Positions 18,443 to 27,889 of a stretch of 64,000 bases of DNA are shown in pieces; position 1 is the first letter of the stretch; every line of letters begins with the position of its first letter. The DNA is taken from contig JAJFHP010000046.1 in assembly GCA_021775555.1 (NCBI GenBank), positions 10,639-74,638 on the forward strand, written 5' to 3'. The notes below the pieces were generated by a model. That model was not told the DNA's origin, made no database searches, and worked only from the letters and a program-made list of their open reading frames with translations. The stretch is from Hyphomicrobiales bacterium (GTDB lineage: Bacteria; Pseudomonadota; Alphaproteobacteria; Rhizobiales; Methyloligellaceae). The translations under genes were made by a program, and so were the position numbers.

Positions 18443-19186
18443 ATGGCAGATGTAGTGCTTTCGGGTGCTGGCAGGAACAGTCCACTGGACGATGCAACGG
18501 CATTTATTACGGCGTCATCGCTGAAAAGCCCTCTCAGCAACCTGAAGAGGTTGCTCGAGTCGGTCGGGAGTGCGGTGCTGACGCTTGAGGCTGCTGACAA
18601 ATCAATTGCCGCTATCACCGATGTGGTAGAGAGCGCGGTAGCAACTGTTCAACAGGCTTTGCGGTTCACCTCGACAGCACCCAATAACGAACGGGCGATG
18701 CTGGAAACCCGGTTCAACGATTTGCGCACTCAGATCGACCAACTAGCATCAGACGCCGGGTTCAATGGCGTCAATCTGCTGCAAGGCGACAATCTGTCGG
18801 TAAACTTCAATGAAGCCACCTCCAGTTCGCTGACAATCTCCGGTGTCAACTTCGACGCATCCGGCCTGTCGATCACGGCAGCCGCCTCCGGTTCTTTCCA
18901 GCATGACGACAAGATCAACAACACGCTCGCGGAACTGGATAAGGCGATCAACACGCTGCGGTCACAAGCTGCAATCTTCGGTTCAAATCTGTCAGTCGTC
19001 GAAACTCAGAAAAATTTTACCGAGAACCTGATCTACGTACTCGAAACCAGCGCCGCCGGCCTCACACTGGCTGACACCAGCGAGGAAGGTGCCAATCTGC
19101 TTGCATTGCAGACCCGTCAGCAACTCTCCTCTGTGGCCGTGTCTCTGGCATCGCAGTCAAATCAGAACGTGTTGCGGCACCTCTAG
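18443..19186 (+). CDS. flagellin-family protein (short, divergent N-terminus), orphan
   Basis: Flagellin N-domain pattern RFNDLRTQIDQLASDAGFNGVNLLQG. C-domain pattern INTLRSQAAIFGSNLSVVETQKNFTENL...LADTSEEGANLLALQTRQQL...ASQSNQNVLRHL. ATG 18443 follows AGGAAAGGG. Confidence 0.65.
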   Translation: MADVVLSGAGRNSPLDDATAFITASSLKSPLSNLKRLLESVGSAVLTLEAADKSIAAITDVVESAVATVQQALRFTSTAPNNERAMLETRFNDLRTQIDQLASDAGFNGVNLLQGDNLSVNFNEATSSSLTISGVNFDASGLSITAAASGSFQHDDKINNTLAELDKAINTLRSQAAIFGSNLSVVETQKNFTENLIYVLETSAAGLTLADTSEEGANLLALQTRQQLSSVAVSLASQSNQNVLRHL

Positions 19187-19315
19187 GACAAAAACACAGT
19201 CGCCCTTTTTTGTTCTTTGTCGCTGGCCTGACCCTGCGCTCACATTCACGCTAACTTTGCTGGACAAGCCGGGATAGCCTTCCTAGATTCCCCGAAACAC
19301 AATCAGGGGAAACAC

Positions 19316-19606
19316 ATGTTTTACGCAATTATCTGCACTGACAATCCTGACAGTGAACAACTGCGTCTCGATACTCGCCCCATCCACCGCGAGCATCTCA
19401 AGGGATTGGTCGATAAGCTGAAACTTGCCGGGCCGTTCACCGATGAAGATGGCTCTCAAATGAATGGCAGTTTGCTCATCGTGGAGGCCAATTCAGTAGA
19501 AGAAGCCAGAGCAATTGCCGAAGCAGACCCCTATGCCAAGGCAGGACTTTTCGCAGATGTTCAGATCCGGCCCTGGAACTGGCTCACCGGGAACCCGGAT
19601 GCTTAA
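19316..19606 (+). CDS. YciI-family protein
   Basis: 96 aa. MFYAIICTD...RPIHREHL...GPF...GSLLIVEA.S.EEARAIAEADPY pattern. Confidence 0.8.
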   Translation: MFYAIICTDNPDSEQLRLDTRPIHREHLKGLVDKLKLAGPFTDEDGSQMNGSLLIVEANSVEEARAIAEADPYAKAGLFADVQIRPWNWLTGNPDA

Positions 19607-19648
19607 AAAGTAACATAACCCTGTTCGACCTTAACGAGGCACATCATC

Positions 19649-20071
19649 ATGGCGTACTGGCTGTTCAAATCCGAACCCGGAAACTGGTCCTGGGAGGACC
19701 ATAAAAAGACAGGCAAAAAAGGGCACCCCGTCAAGCGGAGCCGCAATTTTCAGGCCAACAACAATATGAAAGAGATGGCGAAGGGCGACAAAGGCTTCTT
19801 CTACCACTCCGTGAAAGAGAAGCGCGTTGTCGGGCTGGTTGAGGTGGTGAAGGAATTTTACCCTGACGAGACTGACCCGACCGGCCGTTTTGGTGTGGTC
19901 GATGTCATCCCCGTGGGCGATATGCCAAAGCCTGTGGAATTGAAGGAAATCAAGGCCGAACCCAAATGCAAGGACATGGTTCTCGTCAATAATTCGCGTC
20001 TTTCGATACAGCCTGTCAGCGAAAAAGAATGGAACACGGTTTGTAAAATGGGCCAATGGGGAAACGGCTAA
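19649..20071 (+). CDS. EVE (PUA-like) domain protein
   Basis: MAYWLFKSEPGNWSWEDH ... MAKGDKGFFYHS ... VGLVEVVKEFYPD. Typical EVE/ASCH-like layout. Confidence 0.8.
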   Translation: MAYWLFKSEPGNWSWEDHKKTGKKGHPVKRSRNFQANNNMKEMAKGDKGFFYHSVKEKRVVGLVEVVKEFYPDETDPTGRFGVVDVIPVGDMPKPVELKEIKAEPKCKDMVLVNNSRLSIQPVSEKEWNTVCKMGQWGNG

Positions 20072-20095
20072 GAATTGATCTATAGGAGCAAGCCA

Positions 20096-20506
20096 ATGGA
20101 TTTTGCAGGCGTGAACTATATTGCCGTTGTTGTCGCCGCGGTGGCCAGCTTCTTTGTCGGCTGGCCGTGGTACATGACATTTGGCAAGCCCTGGGCGCGA
20201 GCGCTTGGCAAGGATCCGGACAACCCTCCCAAGCCCGAGCCCAAACCCTTTATCGTGTTGGGTATCAGCCTTCTTTTCATGGCCTTCGTGCTGGCTGGCG
20301 TCATCGGCCATCTCGGCAAGGGTCAGGTGACCCTCTCAAACGGAATAATTTCCGGAATTATCATCTGGGCCGGGTTTGTAGTCACAACAATGGGTGTCAA
20401 CTACACCTTTCAGGGACGGCCGTTGACACTCACGCTTATCGATGGTGGTCATTTCCTCGCAATATTCATCGTGATGGGCGCGATTATCGGCTGGTTCGGC
20501 GTTTAG
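20096..20506 (+). CDS. DUF1761-family membrane protein
   Basis: MDFAGVNYIAVVVAAVASFFVGWPWY, about 4 TM segments. ATG 20096 lies 7 nt after AGGAG. Confidence 0.7.
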   Translation: MDFAGVNYIAVVVAAVASFFVGWPWYMTFGKPWARALGKDPDNPPKPEPKPFIVLGISLLFMAFVLAGVIGHLGKGQVTLSNGIISGIIIWAGFVVTTMGVNYTFQGRPLTLTLIDGGHFLAIFIVMGAIIGWFGV

Positions 20507-20579
20507 CAACTACTAAGTGGAACGCAGAAAACCTATGTCATCATCCAAAAAGCATAGCTCTAATTGAGCAAACATATTC

Positions 20580-21494
20580 ATGGCTAAATCCACCGAATAT
20601 AAATTCAAGCATTGGCACAGCACACGTGGCCTAGACACAATCCAGGCCGTCTATGCATTCGTGATGGCGCTGGGACTTGGGGAAGTGTTCATCGGCTCGC
20701 ATGATTTTATCACAGCTATAGTCCACGGCAGCAAGCGAGCTGATAATATCGCCTTCGTAATTTCCCTACTGCTGCTAATCAACATCATACTGCTAGGAAT
20801 AAGATTTTTCTGGGTGCCAAGAAACCTGCGCAGGATTGTCTATATCGATGCGTTCAATAACAAGGGTGAGCCAAAGCTTAAAAATTTGGGCAGTGCATAT
20901 ATCTCGATAAACTGGCTCATCATTTTTGTGCATGCAGGCCTGTATTTTATTTTATGCACCGAGTTCAAATTTATCATGTTCTCGCTTGCGTCCAATGCAC
21001 AGGCTGATCCTTCAATTTTCTCAGGTTATTATTTAGGTCATGCATTCTTGTTGATTATTAATGGGCTATGGATCGGCTCGCTGGCAAAAAGAGAGGTCGG
21101 ATTGCGAGAGAAAAACGATCGCAGAAACGGAAATAATGAGGAACAATCACTTCCGGGAGGAATTATCTGGTTTCGGAACAATTTGGCATTTAGCTTGCTC
21201 GCCATAGCTCCCTTCGCTCTTCTGAGCACATGCCAGACCGCAGCATTTGAGTGCATAAAACAATTGGGAATTGAAAATCATGGTGTGGAGAGTGTGATCG
21301 CAACATCAACGGTCATGGTCTCAAGCCTGTTTAATATCATGACTTATGCAACAGCATGGACTGGCGTTGATTCCATTTACAATTTATCTCTGTGGATTCT
21401 TGTTTGTTATCTTCTAAATAGCCTATTGGATCTGCTTACTACCGGTGATTATTATATAATTCTCGAAGAAGTTGAGTGGGAAGGCAAAAATTAA
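20580..21494 (+). CDS. hypothetical polytopic membrane protein (about 7 TM), low-GC cassette gene 1
   Basis: 304-aa ORF. Hydrophobic segments read by eye. No motif recognised. Local GC is about 30-40%. Confidence 0.55.
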   Translation: MAKSTEYKFKHWHSTRGLDTIQAVYAFVMALGLGEVFIGSHDFITAIVHGSKRADNIAFVISLLLLINIILLGIRFFWVPRNLRRIVYIDAFNNKGEPKLKNLGSAYISINWLIIFVHAGLYFILCTEFKFIMFSLASNAQADPSIFSGYYLGHAFLLIINGLWIGSLAKREVGLREKNDRRNGNNEEQSLPGGIIWFRNNLAFSLLAIAPFALLSTCQTAAFECIKQLGIENHGVESVIATSTVMVSSLFNIMTYATAWTGVDSIYNLSLWILVCYLLNSLLDLLTTGDYYIILEEVEWEGKN

Positions 21495-21557
21495 ACGACT
21501 ATTATTTGTTACCATACTTCTAATTCTCTGTGTTTCGAAAAATATCCCAACACGAAC

Positions 21558-22460
21558 ATGATGACTGATTTCATTAGAAAGATACCGCCTTCCCTAGAGT
21601 CATCTATGATCCTGGCAATTTTCGCCTTGTTTAGCTGGATAATGTTTCACGATGCGCGGGATCGACAAACAAACACAAGAACGATCAGTATCGTTACAAG
21701 CCTGCTACCGCCTTACATGGATGAGCAAGGGCAGGGCAGAGAGGCTGAAATAATCAAGGCTGCGCTTTTTAAAGCTTACAGAAACGATGCCGGGGAAGAG
21801 TCTTCAATTGAGAATATGCAATCTGTCACTGTAAATTTTAATGTCCAGCCATTCACAAGACATTGGATGAGTTTTCTTTCTGATCCTCGATACGACGCTG
21901 TCACGACCGTTCCAAGAGATCTTGAGTTGGATCCGGAGCCTGAATTGAGATCCAAATTTTACAAATCTGATGTCTATGTCGAGTTTCAAAACGGCATTGG
22001 GTACCGAATGAAGGCTCTCTCAACACGCTTTGATGACTTTTCTATTGATGACCTGGCAGGATTGCGGGTGGTCGCTTTTGCAGGTGCGTCACGCATCATC
22101 TCTCAACTCGGTACTAACCGCGACAAATTTCCACTTTATCTTGAAGAGCCAGACCAAAAGATTCACTCCAAGCTTTTATCCGAAGGCCTTGTGGATGCTG
22201 TTGTTGCCGATGGTGCTATTTTTTTTGAATATAATCGTCGTCTAATGCATTCCGCCAAGATGCCCGATGCAGCTTTCTCGGCTGTATTCTGTCCCACTCC
22301 CTATGTCATGGTTTTTCGGTCGGCCAAGCTGAGAGACGACTTTAATAAGGGTCTGAAGATTATTTCTGAAAATGGAACACTGAGGGCAATCCAAACGAAA
22401 TACACCCCGAATGCACCACTCAAAAACTCATACTACATCCCTAAAGAGTGCCAGCAATGA
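21558..22460 (+). CDS. membrane-anchored family-3 solute-binding-protein-like protein, low-GC cassette gene 2
   Basis: N-terminal TM (MILAIFALFSWIMF), then an SBP_bac_3-like pattern (LPPYMDEQGQGREAEIIKAAL; PFTRHWMSFLSDPRYDAVTT; DDLAGLRVVAFAGAS; LSEGLVDAVVADGAIFFEY). Confidence 0.5.
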   Translation: MMTDFIRKIPPSLESSMILAIFALFSWIMFHDARDRQTNTRTISIVTSLLPPYMDEQGQGREAEIIKAALFKAYRNDAGEESSIENMQSVTVNFNVQPFTRHWMSFLSDPRYDAVTTVPRDLELDPEPELRSKFYKSDVYVEFQNGIGYRMKALSTRFDDFSIDDLAGLRVVAFAGASRIISQLGTNRDKFPLYLEEPDQKIHSKLLSEGLVDAVVADGAIFFEYNRRLMHSAKMPDAAFSAVFCPTPYVMVFRSAKLRDDFNKGLKIISENGTLRAIQTKYTPNAPLKNSYYIPKECQQ

Positions 22461-22849
22461 GTGTTGTAAGAACCAACTATTATGTATTGATCTCAATAAT
22501 TGTATTGCCGATTTTTTTGTTCGTTTTCGGTCAAAAATCAGAAATATTATATTCGATTATCAGTCTACTGATATTTATTGCCTTTTTGTACGTTAGCTAT
22601 CGCATACAGACTGAATTAAAAAAACCACGCTCAAAATCGGTCGGTTCTCATTTAAAACGACAGACAAATATCATCATGATGCTCATAGTCACGGGCATTG
22701 TATCCTCCCTATATTCGATACTCAGCTATCATATTGACTCCAATATTATATCGGCCATGACAGGGTTCTTGGCAGGCCTCATCTATCTTTGGGGTATCTG
22801 GTCCCTTCTGACTGGTATGAATAATCTACCCCCGAGAAATGAGACCTGA
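22457..22849 (+). CDS. hypothetical 4-TM small membrane protein, low-GC cassette gene 3
   Basis: Its ATG overlaps the upstream stop (ATGA at 22457-22460). Four hydrophobic helices. No family recognised. Confidence 0.5.
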   Translation: MSVVRTNYYVLISIIVLPIFLFVFGQKSEILYSIISLLIFIAFLYVSYRIQTELKKPRSKSVGSHLKRQTNIIMMLIVTGIVSSLYSILSYHIDSNIISAMTGFLAGLIYLWGIWSLLTGMNNLPPRNET

Positions 22850-22886
22850 CTCACTCAGTTTGCTGAACCCAAACTCAGAATACTTA

Positions 22887-23249
22887 ATGTCAAACTCTAT
22901 CCATAAAGCAGGTCATGAACTTAGAATATGCCTCTGCAAAATTACTGACATTCCCGATGGCGGCGCGAAGGGGATTGTGGTGGATCAGGGAGGGAATTCC
23001 CTCGACATCATTCTGCTCCGGCGAGGGGCGGACATTTACGCTTATGTGAACCGTTGCCCGCACCAGGGCACCCCGCTTGAGACCTTTCCCGACAAGTTTC
23101 TTGATCAGACTGGTGAGTTGCTCATTTGCTCCACCCATGGCGCGCGATTTGGGGTCAGAGACGGCATATGCGTGAAGGGACCGTGCGAGGGAGCCTCGCT
23201 GGAGCGGGTATCAATCCGTGTCAGCGATGGAACCATCACGCTTGCCTGA
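22887..23249 (+). CDS. Rieske [2Fe-2S] domain protein
   Basis: CPHQGTPLE ... CSTHGARF Rieske ligand boxes. About 120 aa. Confidence 0.85.
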   Translation: MSNSIHKAGHELRICLCKITDIPDGGAKGIVVDQGGNSLDIILLRRGADIYAYVNRCPHQGTPLETFPDKFLDQTGELLICSTHGARFGVRDGICVKGPCEGASLERVSIRVSDGTITLA

Positions 23250-23405
23250 GCTGATTTTCCTTATGAATCCCTCGAAAAACACCACTTGACCTGAGTCATG
23301 GCCTCTACGACGAAAATCGTGCGACGAACGAGGCGCTTGAAGGGTGCTTGCAGCATCTTCATAATGCGCCGCAGCATTATAGTTTTGTTGGTGGGGAGGA
23401 TGTAA

Positions 23406-25358
23406 ATGTCTGAAGTCAAGATCTATGAGGTCCCAACTGAGTGGAAGACCCGAGCATTTGTCGACAACGACAAATATCTGGAAATGTACAAGCAGTCGGT
23501 CGACGATCCGGACGGGTTCTGGGGCGAGCAAGGCAAGCGCCTTGACTGGACAAAGCCATACACCAAGGTCAAGAACACTTCCTACGAATACGACAATGTA
23601 TCGATCAAATGGTACGAAGATGGTGAGCTGAATGTCTGCGCCAACTGCGTTGACCGACATCTTGAGACGCGCGGCTCCCAGACGGCCATCATCTGGGAGG
23701 GTGATGACCCGAATGACGACAAGCACATAAGTTACAAAGAATTACACGAGGAAGTCTGCAAGCTCTCCAACGCCATGAAGGATCTCGGCGTCAAGAAGGG
23801 CGACCGGATTACCATATATATGCCGATGATTCCTGAAGCCACATACGCCATGCTGGCCTGTGCACGGCTTGGGGCCATTCACTCGGTTGTATTTGGCGGC
23901 TTCTCGCCGGATGCGCTTGCCGGGCGCATCGAGGACTGCGGCTCCAATTTTGTGATTACGGCAGATGAAGGCCTGCGTGGCGCCAAGCCCATCCCGCTCA
24001 AGGTTAATACGGACAAGGCAATTGAAATCGCCGAAGGCGATGGCGCCAAGGTTGACCATGTTCTGGTTGTGAAGCGTACAGGCGGCTCCATCGATATGAA
24101 GGATGGCCGTGATGTCTGGTATCACGATGCAGTGGGTGCAGCATCAGCTGATTGTCCCGCAGAACCCATGAATGCGGAAGACCCGCTGTTCATCCTCTAC
24201 ACATCAGGTTCGACGGGTAAGCCAAAGGGTGTGCTGCATACCTCGGGCGGATATCTCGTCTTCGCCGCGATGACCCATCAATATGTGTTCGATTATCATG
24301 ATGGCGACATTTACTGGTGCACGGCCGATGTCGGCTGGGTGACGGGCCACAGCTATATCGTTTACGGGCCACTTGCCAATGGTGCGACGACGCTGATGTT
24401 TGAAGGCGTACCGAATTATCCGGATGCCTCACGCTTCTGGCAGGTCTGCGACAAGCACAAGGTCAATATTTTCTACACGGCACCAACTGCCCTGCGCGCG
24501 CTGATGGGTGCAGGAGATGATTTTGTCAACAAGACGGATCGCTCATCCATCCGTTTGCTCGGCACTGTAGGTGAGCCGATCAACCCGGAAGCCTGGGAGT
24601 GGTATCACAACATTATTGGTCAGGGTCGTTGCCCCATCGTTGATACATGGTGGCAAACGGAAACCGGCGGCATCATGATTACGCCTCTGCCGGGTGCAAC
24701 GGCTACCAAGCCTGGCTCTGCGACCAGGCCGTTCTTTGGCATCAAGCCGCAACTGGTCGATGGTGAGGGCAGTCCGCTTGAAGGAGAGACTTCGGGCAAT
24801 CTGTGCATCATTGATTCATGGCCCGGGCAGATGCGCTCTCTTTACGGCGACCATGACCGTTTCGTGGAAACCTATTTTTCCACTTACAAGGGCAAATATT
24901 TCACCGGTGATGGCTGCAAGCGCGACGCTGACGGCTACTACTGGATCACGGGCCGCGTCGATGACGTTCTCAATGTCTCGGGCCATCGCATGGGGACAGC
25001 CGAAGTGGAATCAGCGCTGGTTGCCCACCCGAAAGTTTCGGAAGCCGCGGTCGTCGGCTACCCGCACGACATCAAGGGGCAGGGCATTTATTGCTATGTC
25101 ACGTTGATGGGTGGCGAAGAGTCGAGCGAAGAGCTTCATAGCGAGCTCAGACAATGGGTTCGCAAGGAAATCGGGCCCATTGCCACGCCAGACCTGTTGC
25201 AGTTTGCACCAGGTTTGCCCAAGACCCGTTCCGGCAAAATCATGCGCCGCATCCTGCGCAAGATCGCCGAGGATGATTTCTCAAATCTCGGAGACACCTC
25301 GACGCTGGCTGAGCCGGCTGTTGTGGATGACCTCATTGAGAATCGGCAAAACCGGTAG
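23406..25358 (+). CDS. acs: acetyl-CoA synthetase
   Basis: 650 aa. [51 protein letters not shown]. Confidence 0.95.
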   Translation: MSEVKIYEVPTEWKTRAFVDNDKYLEMYKQSVDDPDGFWGEQGKRLDWTKPYTKVKNTSYEYDNVSIKWYEDGELNVCANCVDRHLETRGSQTAIIWEGDDPNDDKHISYKELHEEVCKLSNAMKDLGVKKGDRITIYMPMIPEATYAMLACARLGAIHSVVFGGFSPDALAGRIEDCGSNFVITADEGLRGAKPIPLKVNTDKAIEIAEGDGAKVDHVLVVKRTGGSIDMKDGRDVWYHDAVGAASADCPAEPMNAEDPLFILYTSGSTGKPKGVLHTSGGYLVFAAMTHQYVFDYHDGDIYWCTADVGWVTGHSYIVYGPLANGATTLMFEGVPNYPDASRFWQVCDKHKVNIFYTAPTALRALMGAGDDFVNKTDRSSIRLLGTVGEPINPEAWEWYHNIIGQGRCPIVDTWWQTETGGIMITPLPGATATKPGSATRPFFGIKPQLVDGEGSPLEGETSGNLCIIDSWPGQMRSLYGDHDRFVETYFSTYKGKYFTGDGCKRDADGYYWITGRVDDVLNVSGHRMGTAEVESALVAHPKVSEAAVVGYPHDIKGQGIYCYVTLMGGEESSEELHSELRQWVRKEIGPIATPDLLQFAPGLPKTRSGKIMRRILRKIAEDDFSNLGDTSTLAEPAVVDDLIENRQNR

Positions 25359-25387
25359 AGCATCACGCAGAGAGACACTCTTAAAGG

Positions 25388-25418
25388 GGGGCGCGAGAGG
25401 TATAACCTCCCGCGCCCC
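25388..25418. terminator. strong hairpin between convergent acs and tadG-like genes (possible bidirectional terminator)
   Basis: GGGGCGCGAGAGG-tataa-CCTCCCGCGCCCC, 12/13 paired. Only weak T/A tracts on either side. Confidence 0.45.
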
Positions 25419-25444
25419 TCTGACGTCTTTATGGACGCTCTCCC

Positions 25445-26725
25445 TTATTTCACGATCCTTAATTGGGTAAGCTTGATGGCGATGTCGCGATAGGCGCGGC
25501 GCAGCTCTTCCTCATTTTCCGCACGGAAGAAATAGTCTTCATCCGTTGCACAGTCCTCCAATGCCTCGCGCGCATCCCGCTCACGTAAGTCAAATGCCAC
25601 GGAAAAGACGATCACGCCCTCATCCTTGATATTGCGGCACAACTCTTCCGCATGGTCATAGGATTCCCGTGTCATCGCGCCCTGGCCGGGACGGCCGGTA
25701 TAGGCGGTGTTGAACTCGCCATCGGTCATCAGCACAACGGCCTTGATGAGATTGGCCTGGCCGTAAGGATGAGGCCGGCTACTGCCTGGCCAGATGCCTG
25801 ACCAGTGCGGCGAAATGAGGTTCCACGCCCACTGGATACCGAGATGACCGGCGGTCCAGCCATTAGCACGGTAACTGTCGACGGTATTGGCCAGCTGGCG
25901 CTTGTTGCTGGTAAGGGGAAGAATTTCCGCATCCGGGCAACGCCCCCGGTCATAGCGGCGCTCATCGTCGCGCGTCACCACGTGAAACCTGGTGTTGCGG
26001 CCCGGTGCCGTGTCCCTGTTCATCTCCGGGCCACGGCGCTCGACAACGCAACCGGACCGGTTGCGCGCATCGCTCACATCATCGGCGAAGCGACCGGTAT
26101 TGACCTGCTCGGAATAGGGCGCGAGGGCGATCCTCACACGGTTTGCCTTGTGTCCTTCGGGAACTATTGCTTCGATCAAATCCTTGGTCGCATTCTTGAG
26201 AGCCCGGAGCTTGCCATTGCGATTCATGGAGCCGGTCACGTCCAGCATCAGCCCGAGCTCGATGTCGTTGAGGCCCGCGGCCACGGTTGATTCACGGTAG
26301 AGGCTGAACTTGTCGATTTTGGCAATGCTGGAGAATGTGGTGGGGACGTCGGTGTTGACGGCAACCGTGACCTCGTTGCGGGCGCGGTTAGTGGTCACCT
26401 CAAGGCCGGAATAGGTGGAGTAACCAATCTTGCCTTTACCGACCACATTGGCTTGGAAATAATTGTTGGCGACCTCGCTCACTTCGGCATCACTCAGACC
26501 ACCTTCGGTCATGGCCCGTGCCGCAGCCAGAGCCGCCGCATCCAGCGCATCCGCCGTGGTCTCAGCCGCGTTAAGCGCGCGCAACCCGTCGATGGCAAGT
26601 CCCATAAGCATGATGACCGGTACAAGGAACAGCGCGAACAGGATCGCGATATTACCGCTTTTGTCGCCCGCAAAGGTCTTTGTATTTCGCCCTGCAACCC
26701 CGTTTTTGGTGATGTGGTACGCCAT
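25445..26725 (-). CDS. TadG/TadE-like N-terminus + von Willebrand factor A domain protein
   Basis: GNIAILFALFLVPVIMLMGLAIDG pseudopilin-like N-terminus. vWA MIDAS region (LMLDVTGSMN). Start set at MAYHITK. Confidence 0.7.
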   Translation of the reverse strand: MAYHITKNGVAGRNTKTFAGDKSGNIAILFALFLVPVIMLMGLAIDGLRALNAAETTADALDAAALAAARAMTEGGLSDAEVSEVANNYFQANVVGKGKIGYSTYSGLEVTTNRARNEVTVAVNTDVPTTFSSIAKIDKFSLYRESTVAAGLNDIELGLMLDVTGSMNRNGKLRALKNATKDLIEAIVPEGHKANRVRIALAPYSEQVNTGRFADDVSDARNRSGCVVERRGPEMNRDTAPGRNTRFHVVTRDDERRYDRGRCPDAEILPLTSNKRQLANTVDSYRANGWTAGHLGIQWAWNLISPHWSGIWPGSSRPHPYGQANLIKAVVLMTDGEFNTAYTGRPGQGAMTRESYDHAEELCRNIKDEGVIVFSVAFDLRERDAREALEDCATDEDYFFRAENEEELRRAYRDIAIKLTQLRIVK

Positions 26726-27017
26726 AACCCTGTCTCTCCCTGATACGCGTGAGATATCGATAAGGGGAGAGTTGCAAAGCCCGTGCACAATGGGCGCAGA
26801 CGCCGCGAGCAGACCTGTTGCCAGCCTGAAATGGTGAACGCAGCCTTAACAGAGTTGCTTTTCCGGTGACATTTTCGGCTGTTTTGCGGAAGTTTTAAAG
26901 ATTACCGAAGCGGGCAATGGACAAAGCGCGAGCAAGCACGACGCCGTGTAATCTGCCGGAAAACATCAAGAAGTGTTCCATTGCAGGACACTCAGGCATG
27001 AAGCACTGCGCTCGGGG

Positions 27018-27485
27018 CTATTCAAATGCCGTCATGATTTCGGCGATGAGCGTGCACATGGCCGTCCACGCATCCTCGATATCGTTTGACCAATATGCGC
27101 CGAGGCTTTGCCTCAAGGTCCACAACAGTGCCTCGCCGACGGCGCCGTAGTGGAATTCGGTCACGCCCATGGCGCGGTATTTTACCCCAAGAAGCTTGAG
27201 CGCGGGAATGATGTCGTCAAACCGGTCGAGTGCTGCAACTGCAAGCCCGAGCGAGATCAGGAGCTGCTTGCGCTGTTCCGCCTCATCGCCTTCCAGCATC
27301 GGCTGCAGTTCAGGAGAAATCTCCATCAAACGGCGGAAAAACAGCGTGGCGACGAGATCAGAGGCAGGCTCTACCAGCCGGTAGCTGTCCTGTACCAACC
27401 GGGTATGCTCAACAGAAATCTGATGTGCCGCATGTGCGGATTGTTCCGCGACATTGAAAGTTTCCGCATACGCCACGTCCGCCAT
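27018..27485 (-). CDS. single-domain globin-fold protein (proximal His position occupied by Tyr)
   Basis: Aligns by eye to Vitreoscilla Hb (FFRRLMEISPELQPML / FYKNLFAKHPEVRPLF; LGVKYRAMGVTEFHYGAVGEALL / [23 protein letters not shown]). Confidence 0.65.
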   Translation of the reverse strand: MADVAYAETFNVAEQSAHAAHQISVEHTRLVQDSYRLVEPASDLVATLFFRRLMEISPELQPMLEGDEAEQRKQLLISLGLAVAALDRFDDIIPALKLLGVKYRAMGVTEFHYGAVGEALLWTLRQSLGAYWSNDIEDAWTAMCTLIAEIMTAFE

Positions 27486-27559
27486 TGTCCTCAGCCCCTG
27501 ATTCGCATCCGCTTGCACCAATAGAGGCGAGTCACGTTTGCACGTCAATATTGCACTGC

Positions 27560-27778
27560 CTAAAAATCGGAAATGGTGCCGTCTTTTTCCCAATCTCCAT
27601 AGCGAACCGGGTCAGGGCCATCTGCTCCACCAACTTCCTCTTCGCCACTGGAGAGTTCTGGCTTGCGTGCCTTGCGGCGCTCCTCGGCCTCGGTCAGGGC
27701 GCGTTGGGCCGCGGGACTGAGCTGCGATTTGGTGTGGGATCCTGAATTTACAGCCTTGTTTTCAGGTTTATTGCCCAT
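27560..27778 (-). CDS. DUF1674 (SDHAF4-like) protein
   Basis: C-terminal signature [19 protein letters not shown]. 72 aa from ATG 27778. Confidence 0.75.
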   Translation of the reverse strand: MGNKPENKAVNSGSHTKSQLSPAAQRALTEAEERRKARKPELSSGEEEVGGADGPDPVRYGDWEKDGTISDF

Positions 27779-27889
27779 GCGTGCGCCCAATCCTTGCCAA
27801 GTTGTAATCTTGCAGCGGTACGTCTCAATCCCCATTTTAGAGTAGAAACAACGCGCCGCCAGGCCATTTCACACTCTTTGAGGAAACAT

